A stretch of DNA of 64,000 nt, from contig CAWJRC010000004.1 in assembly GCA_963845205.1 (NCBI GenBank), forward strand, positions 105,040-169,039, in the 5' to 3' direction. The translations under genes and the position numbers were made by a program. The notes under the pieces are model-generated. The model had not been told where the DNA came from, made no database searches, and saw only the letters and a list, made by a program, of their open reading frames with translations. The stretch is from an uncultured archaeon (GTDB lineage Archaea > Nanobdellota > Nanobdellia > Pacearchaeales > GW2011-AR1). Below are positions 49,695-59,016 of the stretch, piece after piece. Each line of letters opens with the position of its first letter. Position 1 is the first letter of the stretch.

Positions 49695-50111
49695 TTAAGG
49701 TTTGCGTATTAGTCTTCTGGCTATTCCAAGAGAGATGAAGAAAGTTGCAAAAAGTTGCAACAGAGGACTCAGTCCGATGCCGAATATCACGGGCATAGAA
49801 GAAGTGTAGCTCCATCTCTTCAGAAGATATAGATTGATAATTTCTATAACTGAAGCGATTATTATACCAGAAAGAATTATAAACAAATAATCTCCTGATT
49901 TTGGTTTGATAAACCATTTTAATCCTTTATTTTTGAGAAACAAGAAAATAAAAATCAAGGAAATTAAAAGGACATCTCCCAGACTTGCAAGAATAAGATG
50001 AGGAACCATTGGTATTTTGCTGAGATCGTTATATAATGGATACTGCAAAAATTCCCAGAGTAAATTTAATATAAAGACTATGATAAAGAACAAGAGAATA
50101 TTTTTTTTCAT
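49695..50111 (-). CDS. small polytopic membrane protein
   Basis: 138 aa, 4 hydrophobic helices. Confidence 0.4.
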   Translation of the reverse strand: MKKNILLFFIIVFILNLLWEFLQYPLYNDLSKIPMVPHLILASLGDVLLISLIFIFLFLKNKGLKWFIKPKSGDYLFIILSGIIIASVIEIINLYLLKRWSYTSSMPVIFGIGLSPLLQLFATFFISLGIARRLIRKP

Positions 50112-50187
50112 TCAGTTATTATTAATCCTGTTTGATTATAAAAGTTCCTTTTGACAAATTTATTAAATAAAGAAAGAATATATTTCT

Positions 50188-51450
50188 ATGAAAAGGAAAA
50201 AGGCAAACTGGGAAGTTATAATTCTCTGCCTGATCTTAGTCTTCGCATTTTTCTTAAGAGTCTACCAGCTGGGAGTCCCTTCGCTTTGGGTTGACGAGGC
50301 TACTTCCGGAATGGCAGCAAAAATGATTCTGGAAAAGGGGATTCCTGTTTTTGATTCTGGCCTTCTTTACGACAGGGCTTTTGTATTTCATTATCTGACT
50401 GCTTTCTTTTTATTGTTCGGGCAGACTGATTTCTTGGTAAGGTTCGCCTCTGTAATTTTCGGGCTGCTTACTGTTCTTCTTGCTTATTTTATCGGAAGGG
50501 AATATTCGAAATCAGGCGGGATTATTTCTGCGCTGTTCATGTCTGCATTCTATCTTGAGGTATTTTTCTCGAGGCAGGCAAGGTTCTACCAGCTTTTCCA
50601 GCTGATGTTCTTTCTTTCTATTTATTTATTGTACAAGTCAAAAAAGAACCCCAATTATATTTATCTTGCGCTGATTTCTTTTTTCATAACTCTAGACACG
50701 CAGGTTGAGGGCTTGGTTCTTGCTCCTTTTTTCATCTGGCATATTTTGGCTTACAGCAAAAAGTGGAAAAAGTATTTAGCAATTATTCCGGGAGCCCTTC
50801 TACTTTTTGGTGCTGCCAGTGTACTGGGGGTTTCTGCTCTTTCGGTAAAATCTTCAATAATCTACGCGCAGGACTATCTTAATTATACGGGAGATATGAT
50901 CTATATTTTGGTATTGTCTGTGATGGGATTAATCTGGGCTTATGCTAGGAAGAAAAAACTAACACTGATGATTGTGCTTCCTTCCCTGCTTTGTCTTGTT
51001 GGAATTTTTTCTCTGCAGACTTTTGCATTAAGGTACAGCTATTTCTTTGTATTTCCTTTGATTCTTTATTCTTCGCTTCTTGTTTCATTTTTGTATGAGA
51101 AGTACGGGAAGATCATGCTGGCTGTTGTCTTGATATTGCTGATTGTCCCTTCGAATTTATTTTTCCCCTATACTTATACAAATTGGAATGCAACATACCC
51201 TTTGCTAAACCAAACTCCGATATCTCTTCCAGGAAACAGCTTTAACGGAACGAACACAAGCACCCCAAATAAATCTACAAATCCTTTTACAAACTTCTTA
51301 AACGGCGCAGTCACAGGACTGGGAAATTTCGCATCAACACCAATGGGAATTGCTGCAATATCATTAACCTTTATTCTTGGAGGAGTCGTCTTCTTTAATT
51401 TCAGGATGGGCCGGTTCAAAAATTTCAGAAAGGGAATGTTCAAGAAATAA
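50188..51450 (+). CDS. GT-C fold membrane glycosyltransferase (ArnT/PMT family 39/83-like)
   Basis: FFLRVYQLGVPSLWVDEATSGMAAKMILEKGIP... in first periplasmic loop; >10 TM; N/T-rich C-terminus. Confidence 0.55.
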   Translation: MKRKKANWEVIILCLILVFAFFLRVYQLGVPSLWVDEATSGMAAKMILEKGIPVFDSGLLYDRAFVFHYLTAFFLLFGQTDFLVRFASVIFGLLTVLLAYFIGREYSKSGGIISALFMSAFYLEVFFSRQARFYQLFQLMFFLSIYLLYKSKKNPNYIYLALISFFITLDTQVEGLVLAPFFIWHILAYSKKWKKYLAIIPGALLLFGAASVLGVSALSVKSSIIYAQDYLNYTGDMIYILVLSVMGLIWAYARKKKLTLMIVLPSLLCLVGIFSLQTFALRYSYFFVFPLILYSSLLVSFLYEKYGKIMLAVVLILLIVPSNLFFPYTYTNWNATYPLLNQTPISLPGNSFNGTNTSTPNKSTNPFTNFLNGAVTGLGNFASTPMGIAAISLTFILGGVVFFNFRMGRFKNFRKGMFKK

Positions 51451-51507
51451 ACAAAAGTATTACTCTCAAAATACTATCGGCGTGAAGAGAGCTATTTTTA
51501 AAATAAT

Positions 51508-51651
51508 TTAAGAATTATTCTTTTTTGCTTTAATTTTACCACAATCAGCTTTCTGTTCGCATCTATTACAAATACCTGAATTTTTAGACCATTCATTTGT
51601 CCCGAAACAGTTTTTTACTAATTGTTGTTTTTGCAATTGAGATTTAGTCAT
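51508..51651 (-). CDS. small Cys-rich (zinc-ribbon-like) protein, 47 aa
   Basis: MTKSQLQKQQLVKNCFGTNEWSKNSGICNRCEQKADCGK...; below ORF-track cutoff. Confidence 0.25.
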   Translation of the reverse strand: MTKSQLQKQQLVKNCFGTNEWSKNSGICNRCEQKADCGKIKAKKNNS

Positions 51652-51756
51652 CAAAAAGACCATATTCCACGCCTTATATACCTTCAGAAGTTAAACTATA
51701 CGATATAAGCATGGGTGAATTTTAGAATACGGAAATCTATTATTCAAAGAGTATTT

Positions 51757-52167
51757 TTAATCAGTAATTGCAAAATCGTCTTCTCCAATCAACTGGTCAT
51801 TCAGGAACCACACTGCCCTGTATTTTCCGTACCCGCCTTTTTCAAAAAATTCCTGCGTTGTTTTATTGGAGTCGAGACAGCCGACTTCCCAGGCAGAATC
51901 ATTGTAGGGAACAGATTCGCTCTCTTCAAAAACAACATCTCCTGACGGGCCGTAAATGCAAAGCTCTTCTACGTCACCTGCTTTATTATCAGAATAATGA
52001 TCAAGAAAAACCAGAGGTTCGCTGAGCTTAAAATTTGTTTTCAGCCCTGCATATTCCATTGGAAATACCCAAAGCCCGTGAAACCAATGCTCCTCTGCTT
52101 TGACAGCACAGGAAGAGAGAGCCAAAGCTCCTGCAAGACCCAAAGCAACAGTTATCTTTTCAAGCAT
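51757..52167 (-). CDS. small lipoprotein, family member D
   Basis: signal + lipobox ALSSC; GGYGKYRAVWFLNDQLIGEDDFAITD as in member A. Confidence 0.55.
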   Translation of the reverse strand: MLEKITVALGLAGALALSSCAVKAEEHWFHGLWVFPMEYAGLKTNFKLSEPLVFLDHYSDNKAGDVEELCIYGPSGDVVFEESESVPYNDSAWEVGCLDSNKTTQEFFEKGGYGKYRAVWFLNDQLIGEDDFAITD

Positions 52168-52189
52168 GGAATAAACAATTAGAATCCGG

Positions 52190-52198
52190 TTTATAAAT
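52190..52198 (-). promoter_or_regulatory. TATA box (tttataaat) 23-31 nt upstream of start at 52167
   Basis: archaeal TATA consensus, leaderless spacing. Confidence 0.4.
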
Positions 52199-52199
52199 T

Positions 52200-52460
52200 C
52201 TATTTTTTAATTTTTATTAAAATAGCACATCCAATTATAAAAATTATAGAAACCCCAAACATAATCCAGGAGTATGTAACTGGATGCTGACTAGAAGCAA
52301 TTTTCCAGACGTTTATTATGCTCATCAAACCAACACCTATCCAGAAAGCAAGAGCCCACTCAATCTGTCTTTTGCTTTTATTTATCATTCCATTCATAAG
52401 AAAATAGGATATAAAAATTCTTCTGCAAAAAATTCGCCAAATATTTAAACTATATTTCAA
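52200..52460 (-). CDS. small membrane protein
   Basis: 86 aa, 2-3 TM. Confidence 0.3.
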   Translation of the reverse strand: MKYSLNIWRIFCRRIFISYFLMNGMINKSKRQIEWALAFWIGVGLMSIINVWKIASSQHPVTYSWIMFGVSIIFIIGCAILIKIKK

Positions 52461-52470
52461 TCAGTAAGAT

Positions 52471-53115
52471 ATGAGGAAAAATATTTTCATCGGAGCAATC
52501 ATTCTGTTATTATTTCTGCTGACTTTCGCATCTGCTTCAGGCGCAGTAACACTCACAAGAAATACATTAAGCAAAACAAATCCTTCTGCATCAACCCAGG
52601 CAGCAATAGGAGGAAAGGTTTACACAATCACTCTTGTCTCAGCATCAAACAGCAACGCAGCATTCAGCGTCTCATATCCTTACACATATCCATGCAATTG
52701 CGTCAGCACAGGAAGAGGCCCGACAAACTGCCTTGTATGCACTTCAACAAATAGCACAACACAGACAATAAAATCAGGAGCATCGCAGACAATCAACGGA
52801 GTAACTATCACATTAATAAGCGCATCATCAAAACTTTATATGGAGACCGCTGTAATCACGATTTCATCATCTCCTAACTGCATCGGCGAAGGAGGAAGCT
52901 TGGGAGCAGTTGTTCCAGGAAATTATGCACAATGTTGTCCTGGCCTTATAGCTTACATTCCTCCCGGAAGACTTGGAACAGAAGGAACATGCATAAACCC
53001 AAGCACCTGCAAAATGGCAGGAGCGCAATGCACTTCAACATCACAGTGCTGCAACAAAGAATGCAGAGGATTCATCGGATTTTTTTCTTTTATCAATTTC
53101 GGAAAGTGTGCTTAA
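52471..53115 (+). CDS. secreted Cys-rich protein (C-terminal knottin-like Cys cluster)
   Basis: signal peptide; T/S-rich middle; C-terminal CIGEGG...CCPG...C...C...C...CC..C...C. Confidence 0.5.
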   Translation: MRKNIFIGAIILLLFLLTFASASGAVTLTRNTLSKTNPSASTQAAIGGKVYTITLVSASNSNAAFSVSYPYTYPCNCVSTGRGPTNCLVCTSTNSTTQTIKSGASQTINGVTITLISASSKLYMETAVITISSSPNCIGEGGSLGAVVPGNYAQCCPGLIAYIPPGRLGTEGTCINPSTCKMAGAQCTSTSQCCNKECRGFIGFFSFINFGKCA

Positions 53116-53312
53116 TCTTTCGCCAATAATATTCCCAGAATAGAAAAACTTCCGCAAAGAATAGTCATTATCATTCCGCTTCCCACTATAATTGTATTTG
53201 AGAACCTTGACAAATAAACAGGAACAAATATCCATAGCATGTAAGCGACCCAGACCAGAACAGATGATGTTGAGATTGTTATCCCGATTTTATTCAGCAA
53301 TTCCATGTCCAA
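53112..53312 (-). CDS. small two-TM membrane protein
   Basis: 66 aa hydrophobic. Confidence 0.3.
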   Translation of the reverse strand: MDMELLNKIGITISTSSVLVWVAYMLWIFVPVYLSRFSNTIIVGSGMIMTILCGSFSILGILLAKD

Positions 53313-53382
53313 TATGATATGCCCTGCCTTAAAAATTTAATTATTTCCACAACGCTTAAAAATCCTTATTATCATATTATTC

Positions 53383-53645
53383 TGTAGACTAGGTCAGCGG
53401 ATTAGCCCTCCGCTATTTGCAAACGGGCTTTAGGCAGACTGCAAGAAGGCAAGTGAGTAAGATGTTGAATTGTCTTTATTCCAACGTTGACGCTTTGTCT
53501 GTTTTGATCTTGCATATGCGAAATGGGTCAGGCCCTGATCGGAGCAGCCCTAAACATTTGACTAGGTGCTTAACAGAGTGCAAGGCCGAGAAAGAATAGA
53601 GGAAGCACTTCAGTTTTTTACAGGCAAACCTTCGAGTCTACACTT
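53383..53645 (+). ncRNA. ffs: putative signal recognition particle RNA (7S/SRP RNA)
   Basis: GC-rich island in AT-rich DNA; GGUCAGGCCCUGAUCGGAGCAGCC resembles SRP helix-8 consensus (..CAGGUCCGGAAGGAAGCAGCC); 8-bp terminal helix tgtagact/agtctaca; internal hairpin agcgga-ttagccc-tccgct. Confidence 0.5.
53626..53645 (+). repeat. 20-bp direct repeat copy 1 (aaaccttcgagtctacactt) = 3' end of putative SRP RNA
   Basis: identical to 54183..54202. Confidence 0.85.
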
Positions 53646-53654
53646 AATTTTTAC

Positions 53655-53912
53655 CTATCTTTCATAAATGTTTTTCCTATGACCTATCTTAATTATGTTC
53701 ATTCTGTTGTTTTTTTGATCAAAATCAAAAATAACCCTGTAGTCTCCAACTCTTAATCTAAATGCCGATTCCCCCTTTAATCTTTTGAATTCTTTTGCTT
53801 TTGGATTTTCCGAAAACTCTTTAACATATTTTATAATCCTTTTAGACAACAATGATTCAAGTTTGCTCAGAAAGTCTATGGATTTCCTGCTCCAAATTAC
53901 CTCATAATTCAT
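53655..53912 (-). CDS. relE: RelE/ParE-family toxin
   Basis: FRLRVGDYRVIFDFDQKNNRMNIIKIGHRKNIY. Confidence 0.8.
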   Translation of the reverse strand: MNYEVIWSRKSIDFLSKLESLLSKRIIKYVKEFSENPKAKEFKRLKGESAFRLRVGDYRVIFDFDQKNNRMNIIKIGHRKNIYER

Positions 53913-54136
53913 TTTAATCCAAACATCCTTTCGACTTCTTCCTCAGTATAAAATTCTCCTTTCTCAATTTTTTTTCTTGCTTCTTTAATCTCTTTCTTTG
54001 TTTCTTCATTTAATTCCAAATGATCTTCAAGCAAAACTTCAATTATATCATTGTAAGTCTCCCGTTCATGAAGTTTTAACTTGTCAAGCATTGTTTTTGT
54101 CTCGGGATTTATTCTAATTGTTGTTTCCATATACAA
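53909..54136 (-). CDS. type II antitoxin (RelB/RHH-like), overlaps relE by 4 nt
   Basis: 75 aa; TIRINPETKTMLDKL...; C-terminal EIEKGEFYTEEEVERMFGL antitoxin-like tail; palindromes tatacaattgtata / atacatatgtat at its 5' end. Confidence 0.6.
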   Translation of the reverse strand: MYMETTIRINPETKTMLDKLKLHERETYNDIIEVLLEDHLELNEETKKEIKEARKKIEKGEFYTEEEVERMFGLK

Positions 54137-54182
54137 TTGTATACATATGTATATTTAAACTTTCTTGTTTTAATTCTATAAG

Positions 54183-54202
54183 AAACCTTCGAGTCTACAC
54201 TT
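54183..54202 (+). repeat. 20-bp direct repeat copy 2 (aaaccttcgagtctacactt)
   Basis: perfect copy of 53626..53645; the 537 bp between copies contain only the relBE pair. Confidence 0.85.
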
Positions 54203-55534
54203 TTAATCCAGCTGCCAGTTTATTGTGTATTCTTTAGATATTTGCTGGGTATAACCTGTTATATAATCTGCAGCTTCTGTTACATTCTGATCAATAATAA
54301 ACTGGCTTATCATGTTCTGCTCGGCTACGCCAAAGTCACTCGGAGCAGCATTTGAAGTTGCAGGGAAAACATATTTGGAAGATATAAAATCAAGAACAGC
54401 TGTCTTCTGATACAGATCATAATTAGTTACATTAGCGTCGAAGCGGGCAGAGATAGATCCCTTCAGAGGATTGAATGCATCCTGTCCTTTTTCTGAGCCG
54501 ACAACAGTAAGCCATTCTTCTGCGCTTTCATGATGCTTTATATTTTTAGGAAGCTGGAATGCATCAATAACAATTCCGTACATGTTTGATGTTTCCGGTA
54601 CAGGGAATGTTCCGTAATCTTTGTTGTAAGTCAGGTTCGCGGCTATGAACTCGCCGTCATTCCAGTCGCCGTCTATGTTGAACGCGCTCTCGCCATCAAT
54701 AACCCTGTCTGTAGCAGCATTCCATGTTATGTTCGCGCTGTCAGGATTTACATAGCTGAGATATTTTTTAAAAATAGCAAGAGAGTTCAAAAGCCGAGGA
54801 TCATTTGCAGAAATTACTTTCCCATTTATCCAGTCCTGATAGAAACCAATACCCTGGCTCGCGACAATCTGGTCAAATGCAAATGCAGCTGTCCATGCCT
54901 GTCCCATCTGTATAGGATACTGAATACCATCTGTCTTCAATTCATCGCATGCAAGGAAAAAAGAACTCCATGAAGTTATAGACTGAGTATCGATTCCGTA
55001 CTTGTCAAGAAGAGGCTTGTTGTACCAAACTAAATTGCTTCTCTGCATGTCAGCAGGAACAGAATAATAATGCCCGTCGAACTGGCACATTGCCTGAATA
55101 GTCTTCGGAGTAACATTTTCAAGATTATCTTCCTGCCAGATATTGTCAACAGGATCAAGAAGACCAGCGTCATAATATATCTTGGCCTCGTATCCTGCAT
55201 GAGCCTCGAAACTGTCAGGGGCCTGGCCGCTGAAAACTAAAGGCTTGAGAACATTAAACAAAACAATTCCTCCTCCGCTCGAAGAGAGACTGAAAACAGG
55301 GGTCGGAAGAACAGTCACATTAGGATATTCTGAAAGATAAACATTAATCAGCGCATTCAAAGCAGCCTGCTCTCCGACAGAAGTCCACTGATGATAAAAA
55401 GTAAGGACATTTGCCGGCTGCTGAACCTGAGACAAATAGCTAATCAGAAAACTTCCGGCAATAACCAAGCCAACCACGCAGATTATTACTGCAACCAAAA
55501 TAACAGAATTTAATTTTACTTTTACTGTTTTCAT
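54203..55534 (-). CDS. extracellular solute-binding protein (ABC-transporter SBP family 1-like), membrane-anchored, no permease/ATPase nearby
   Basis: N-terminal TM anchor; SBP-like bilobal pattern; 443 aa. Confidence 0.45.
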   Translation of the reverse strand: MKTVKVKLNSVILVAVIICVVGLVIAGSFLISYLSQVQQPANVLTFYHQWTSVGEQAALNALINVYLSEYPNVTVLPTPVFSLSSSGGGIVLFNVLKPLVFSGQAPDSFEAHAGYEAKIYYDAGLLDPVDNIWQEDNLENVTPKTIQAMCQFDGHYYSVPADMQRSNLVWYNKPLLDKYGIDTQSITSWSSFFLACDELKTDGIQYPIQMGQAWTAAFAFDQIVASQGIGFYQDWINGKVISANDPRLLNSLAIFKKYLSYVNPDSANITWNAATDRVIDGESAFNIDGDWNDGEFIAANLTYNKDYGTFPVPETSNMYGIVIDAFQLPKNIKHHESAEEWLTVVGSEKGQDAFNPLKGSISARFDANVTNYDLYQKTAVLDFISSKYVFPATSNAAPSDFGVAEQNMISQFIIDQNVTEAADYITGYTQQISKEYTINWQLD

Positions 55535-55608
55535 CTTTCCTCTTTAACAGATAATTTAATTATTTTAAATATTTAAATTATTCGTATAAAATTAGCAACT
55601 CTTTATCT

Positions 55609-56196
55609 TCATTTTTCCAAAGGAAGAAATCCTTTAACTTCCTCTTTTGATAACTGCCTGTAGGTATCACATTCGTGTTTTAAATGCCAAGAAAATTTAG
55701 TTTCAAACCCAATGTTTTCAACTTTCTTTCCGACTTCTTTTACAACTTTGATTGCTGGAACAAAATCCCCATCTGAAGAGACTAATATTGCAGTATCATA
55801 AGCATTATTATAAGCCAACTTAACCATATCAACTGCCAAGTTTATGTCATCTTCTTTTACCATATAACAAATCTTACCATTTATGGTCTCTTTTTGCATT
55901 CTGCATAAAATTAGATTAAAGCAAGGTATTTTTCTCAATTTATCAAAAAATTTCTGCTGGTTGGCATAAATTTCCTGTCCAGTTTTTTTCGCCTTTTTTG
56001 GGGTAATATAATTTTTATCCAAGGGAGCTGTGTAATAATAGGTTCTAACAAGCATTCTATTTCCTACAAGAGTTTTTGTAAATTTATCAAAATCAAATTC
56101 AGATAAACAGTCAGGATCATCATTAATCATCTTTTTAACGATATGATAATGATTGCTGCCGTCAATGAATACTATAACTTTTTCTTTATCGTGCAT
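55609..56196 (-). CDS. NYN/LabA-like domain protein
   Basis: VIVFIDGSNHYH..., AILVSSDGDFVPAIKVVKEVGKKV. Confidence 0.65.
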   Translation of the reverse strand: MHDKEKVIVFIDGSNHYHIVKKMINDDPDCLSEFDFDKFTKTLVGNRMLVRTYYYTAPLDKNYITPKKAKKTGQEIYANQQKFFDKLRKIPCFNLILCRMQKETINGKICYMVKEDDINLAVDMVKLAYNNAYDTAILVSSDGDFVPAIKVVKEVGKKVENIGFETKFSWHLKHECDTYRQLSKEEVKGFLPLEK

Positions 56197-56555
56197 AGAG
56201 TTAGATAAAGAAATAACTTAAAAATATATCGTAAAATATGAACCCAGCTTTGCCGAAGCAATGCTGGGGAGTATATAATAATAATAATAATAGGGGATTT
56301 AAAAATGTTTATTTTATAGCTACGGGCAGTATTCCCTACTGCGCTAATTGTTATTTTAATGATAGCACTATTGATGATACTTATTACAACAGTATTGATA
56401 ATTGTTATTACAATTAACAATTCAGGTAATGAGTCAGTAATTAGAAATATAAAACTTACTGCAACTTAACAAAAAAGGAGAAAATTACGACAATTCCTTA
56501 TTCTTAACATTTTATAGTTCAAAAAGTTAATAAAGTCTTTCTGGTTTTTTAATAA

Positions 56556-57431
56556 ATGAAAAATAAGAGGGGGCAATTTTTCATTATTGCTGCAATAATC
56601 ATAATAACAGTGATAATAAGCATTGTAACTGTCTCGAATTACAGCCAGCCGAAACAGACAACAAAACTTTATGATCTTGGACAGGAACTGGGAATTGAAA
56701 GCCAGCAGGTTCTTGATTACGGAACATACAACGAGCTAAACGATACTGAGATGCAATCACTAATGGAAAATTTCATCCAGAATTATGTAAGCTACATGGG
56801 AGGAAAAAGGAATATTTATTTCGTGTTCGGAAACGCGCAGGTCATTGACGTTGTCGGTTATCAAGAGTTATTAAACGAAAGCGTCTGCATAACATTAAAT
56901 CCTGTAACTCATGTTTGCGGGGACGGAACTGCAATAGCAGGAGAGGGATGCGATGTAAACACAAGCATATTCGGGGATATAGGATGCGCAGGCGACTGCC
57001 AGCTTGAACAGCCCGGATGCAATATTTCTGCTGCTTCAAATGAAACAGTAAATGAATCAACAGTAAATCCCGGAGAATACTGCGACGGAAATAATATGAG
57101 CGGGCTCAACTGCACTTCATTCGGATTTGACGAACCTGCAAGCGAACCTCAGGGACAGACAGCACTTCAATGCACTGCACAATGCGGATTTGACACTTCC
57201 GGATGCGTAATTCCACAGCCGCAGAATCAGCCAGAATGCCAGAACCTCACTGTCCTCGGACAGCCGCAATCACCTCAGCAATTTCCAGAAGAAAACGGTG
57301 CAATTTCAAAAGTAGCGATAAACCTTGCAGGAAACCAGTATGAATTCGCGCTCAAGCCCGGAGAAAATTTCTATTTTGTAATCTGGGAAACAGAAAACGG
57401 AGAAAAAAATGTTATTACAAGCCCGCAATAA
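56556..57431 (+). CDS. secreted Cys-rich protein with class III (type IV pilin-like) signal peptide
   Basis: MKNKRGQFFIIAAIIIITVIISIV; 20+ Cys in C-terminal half. Confidence 0.5.
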   Translation: MKNKRGQFFIIAAIIIITVIISIVTVSNYSQPKQTTKLYDLGQELGIESQQVLDYGTYNELNDTEMQSLMENFIQNYVSYMGGKRNIYFVFGNAQVIDVVGYQELLNESVCITLNPVTHVCGDGTAIAGEGCDVNTSIFGDIGCAGDCQLEQPGCNISAASNETVNESTVNPGEYCDGNNMSGLNCTSFGFDEPASEPQGQTALQCTAQCGFDTSGCVIPQPQNQPECQNLTVLGQPQSPQQFPEENGAISKVAINLAGNQYEFALKPGENFYFVIWETENGEKNVITSPQ

Positions 57432-57951
57432 AAAAGGACTCAGCGAAGTCATTGGATACATTCTGCTAGTCGCGGTTTCGATAACAATAAGTGTGCTCGT
57501 ATACCAATGGCTTGTAACATATGTCCCATCGCAGTCGCTTCAGTGCGATGACGGAACTTCTTTTTTTGTAAAAGATTTTTCCTATGACTGCACAAACCAG
57601 ATATTAAACATAACCCTGGAAAATAACGGAAAGTTCAGCATTGAAGGATATTTTATTCATGCTTCAAACAACAGCGACACCAGCCAGCTTGCAACAATAG
57701 ATTTATCACAGAAAGTTCTTAATTACAGCGGAGCATATCCGTACGGAAATTCTGTAATATTCTCGCAGCTTGTAAACAATGAACTGGCTCCTGACGCAAC
57801 AGGAATAAAACTCCATGTCTTCAATGTATCGGGATACGGAAACCTTAGCAAGATAGAGCTTATACCGACGAGAATACAGGATGTTCAGGGAAAAACAGTT
57901 TTAGTAACATGCACTGATTCAGAGGTTACAGAACTGCTTACATGCAACTGA
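57409..57951 (+). CDS. archaeal type IV pilin-like protein (pilin_N class III signal)
   Basis: ARNKKGLSEVIGYILLVAVSITISVLVY. Confidence 0.7.
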   Translation: MLLQARNKKGLSEVIGYILLVAVSITISVLVYQWLVTYVPSQSLQCDDGTSFFVKDFSYDCTNQILNITLENNGKFSIEGYFIHASNNSDTSQLATIDLSQKVLNYSGAYPYGNSVIFSQLVNNELAPDATGIKLHVFNVSGYGNLSKIELIPTRIQDVQGKTVLVTCTDSEVTELLTCN

Positions 57952-57989
57952 ACAGAAAGGATTTAAAATAGAAGGATATTAATATTAAA

Positions 57990-58475
57990 ATGGCAAGAAG
58001 GAGTGTGATAAAAAAGAAAGGGCTTTCCCCTGTAATAACAACAGTTCTTTTGATTGCTCTGGTCGTTGTAATAGTTTCTATAATTTTCTTATGGTTTAGG
58101 GGAATGGTGCAGGAAGGAGTCACAAAATTCGGGAAGAACATAAATCTGGTATGCGATGATGTAAAGTTCGACGCAACATATGCGGCAGGAACCTTAAGTG
58201 TAGTCAATACAGGAAACATTCCGATATTCAGAATCGAGATAAGAATTTCAAACAATGGAAATTTCGTGACAGAAGACATTATGAACACAAGTGCAGGAAG
58301 CAGCTGGCCTTCCGGAGGGCTGGGGCAGGGAGCAACTTTCTCAGGAAACATACAGAGTGATATCGGAAGCGCAAATGACATTCTTATAATACCCGAACTT
58401 ATAGGAACATCACCCAGCGGAAAAGAAACTTTAATATGCGGAGGACAGTATGGAAAGGATATCACGATCTCGTAA
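57990..58475 (+). CDS. archaeal type IV pilin-like protein
   Basis: KKKGLSPVITTVLLIALVVVIVSIIFLWF. Confidence 0.7.
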   Translation: MARRSVIKKKGLSPVITTVLLIALVVVIVSIIFLWFRGMVQEGVTKFGKNINLVCDDVKFDATYAAGTLSVVNTGNIPIFRIEIRISNNGNFVTEDIMNTSAGSSWPSGGLGQGATFSGNIQSDIGSANDILIIPELIGTSPSGKETLICGGQYGKDITIS

Positions 58476-58977
58476 AAAGGGGCTGTCTGAAGTTGTAACA
58501 ACAGTAATTCTCATCGCAATAAGCCTCGCTGCAATCGTAATTGTCTGGGCTTTTGTGAATACATTCATAACCAAACAGGTAAGCAGCAGCGAATCATGCT
58601 ACGGAAATTACAACCAGGTAAAAATCAACGGGCAGTACACCTGCCTTAATACTTTATCAGGGGGCCAGTACAGCTTTAACTTTTCCATGACAATCGGGGA
58701 CATCAGCGTCGATAAAGTTCTTGTCTCAGTATCAGCAGGAGGAGCAGTCAACACATACACGATCACAAACACACCGCAGAACCTTTCGGGGATAACAATG
58801 GAAAACGGAAGCAGCGAAGTTGTTCTTCCAGGAAAAAATTCAGGATTGACTTATTATTTAACAGGATTTTCAAGCCCTGTTGATTCTGTACAAATCGCAC
58901 CGGTCATCGGAGGAAACCTCTGCTCGGTTTCTGATACACTTGCTGAAATCTATGACTGCTCAATCAGCGCCGAGTAA
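58450..58977 (+). CDS. archaeal type IV pilin-like protein
   Basis: SRKKGLSEVVTTVILIAISLAAIVIVWAFV. Confidence 0.7.
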   Translation: MERISRSRKKGLSEVVTTVILIAISLAAIVIVWAFVNTFITKQVSSSESCYGNYNQVKINGQYTCLNTLSGGQYSFNFSMTIGDISVDKVLVSVSAGGAVNTYTITNTPQNLSGITMENGSSEVVLPGKNSGLTYYLTGFSSPVDSVQIAPVIGGNLCSVSDTLAEIYDCSISAE

Positions 58978-59016
58978 AAGAATTAATTATTTAAATTAAA
59001 TTTTACTTGTACATTC

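Noticed and set aside
53417-53599. 60-aa ORF inside the GC-rich island
   Set aside because: Lies within the putative SRP RNA; GC-rich non-coding sequence commonly yields chance ORFs.
56172-56420. 82-aa minus-strand ORF in the long intergenic region
   Set aside because: Ile/Thr-only low-complexity translation spanning a microsatellite; no start context.
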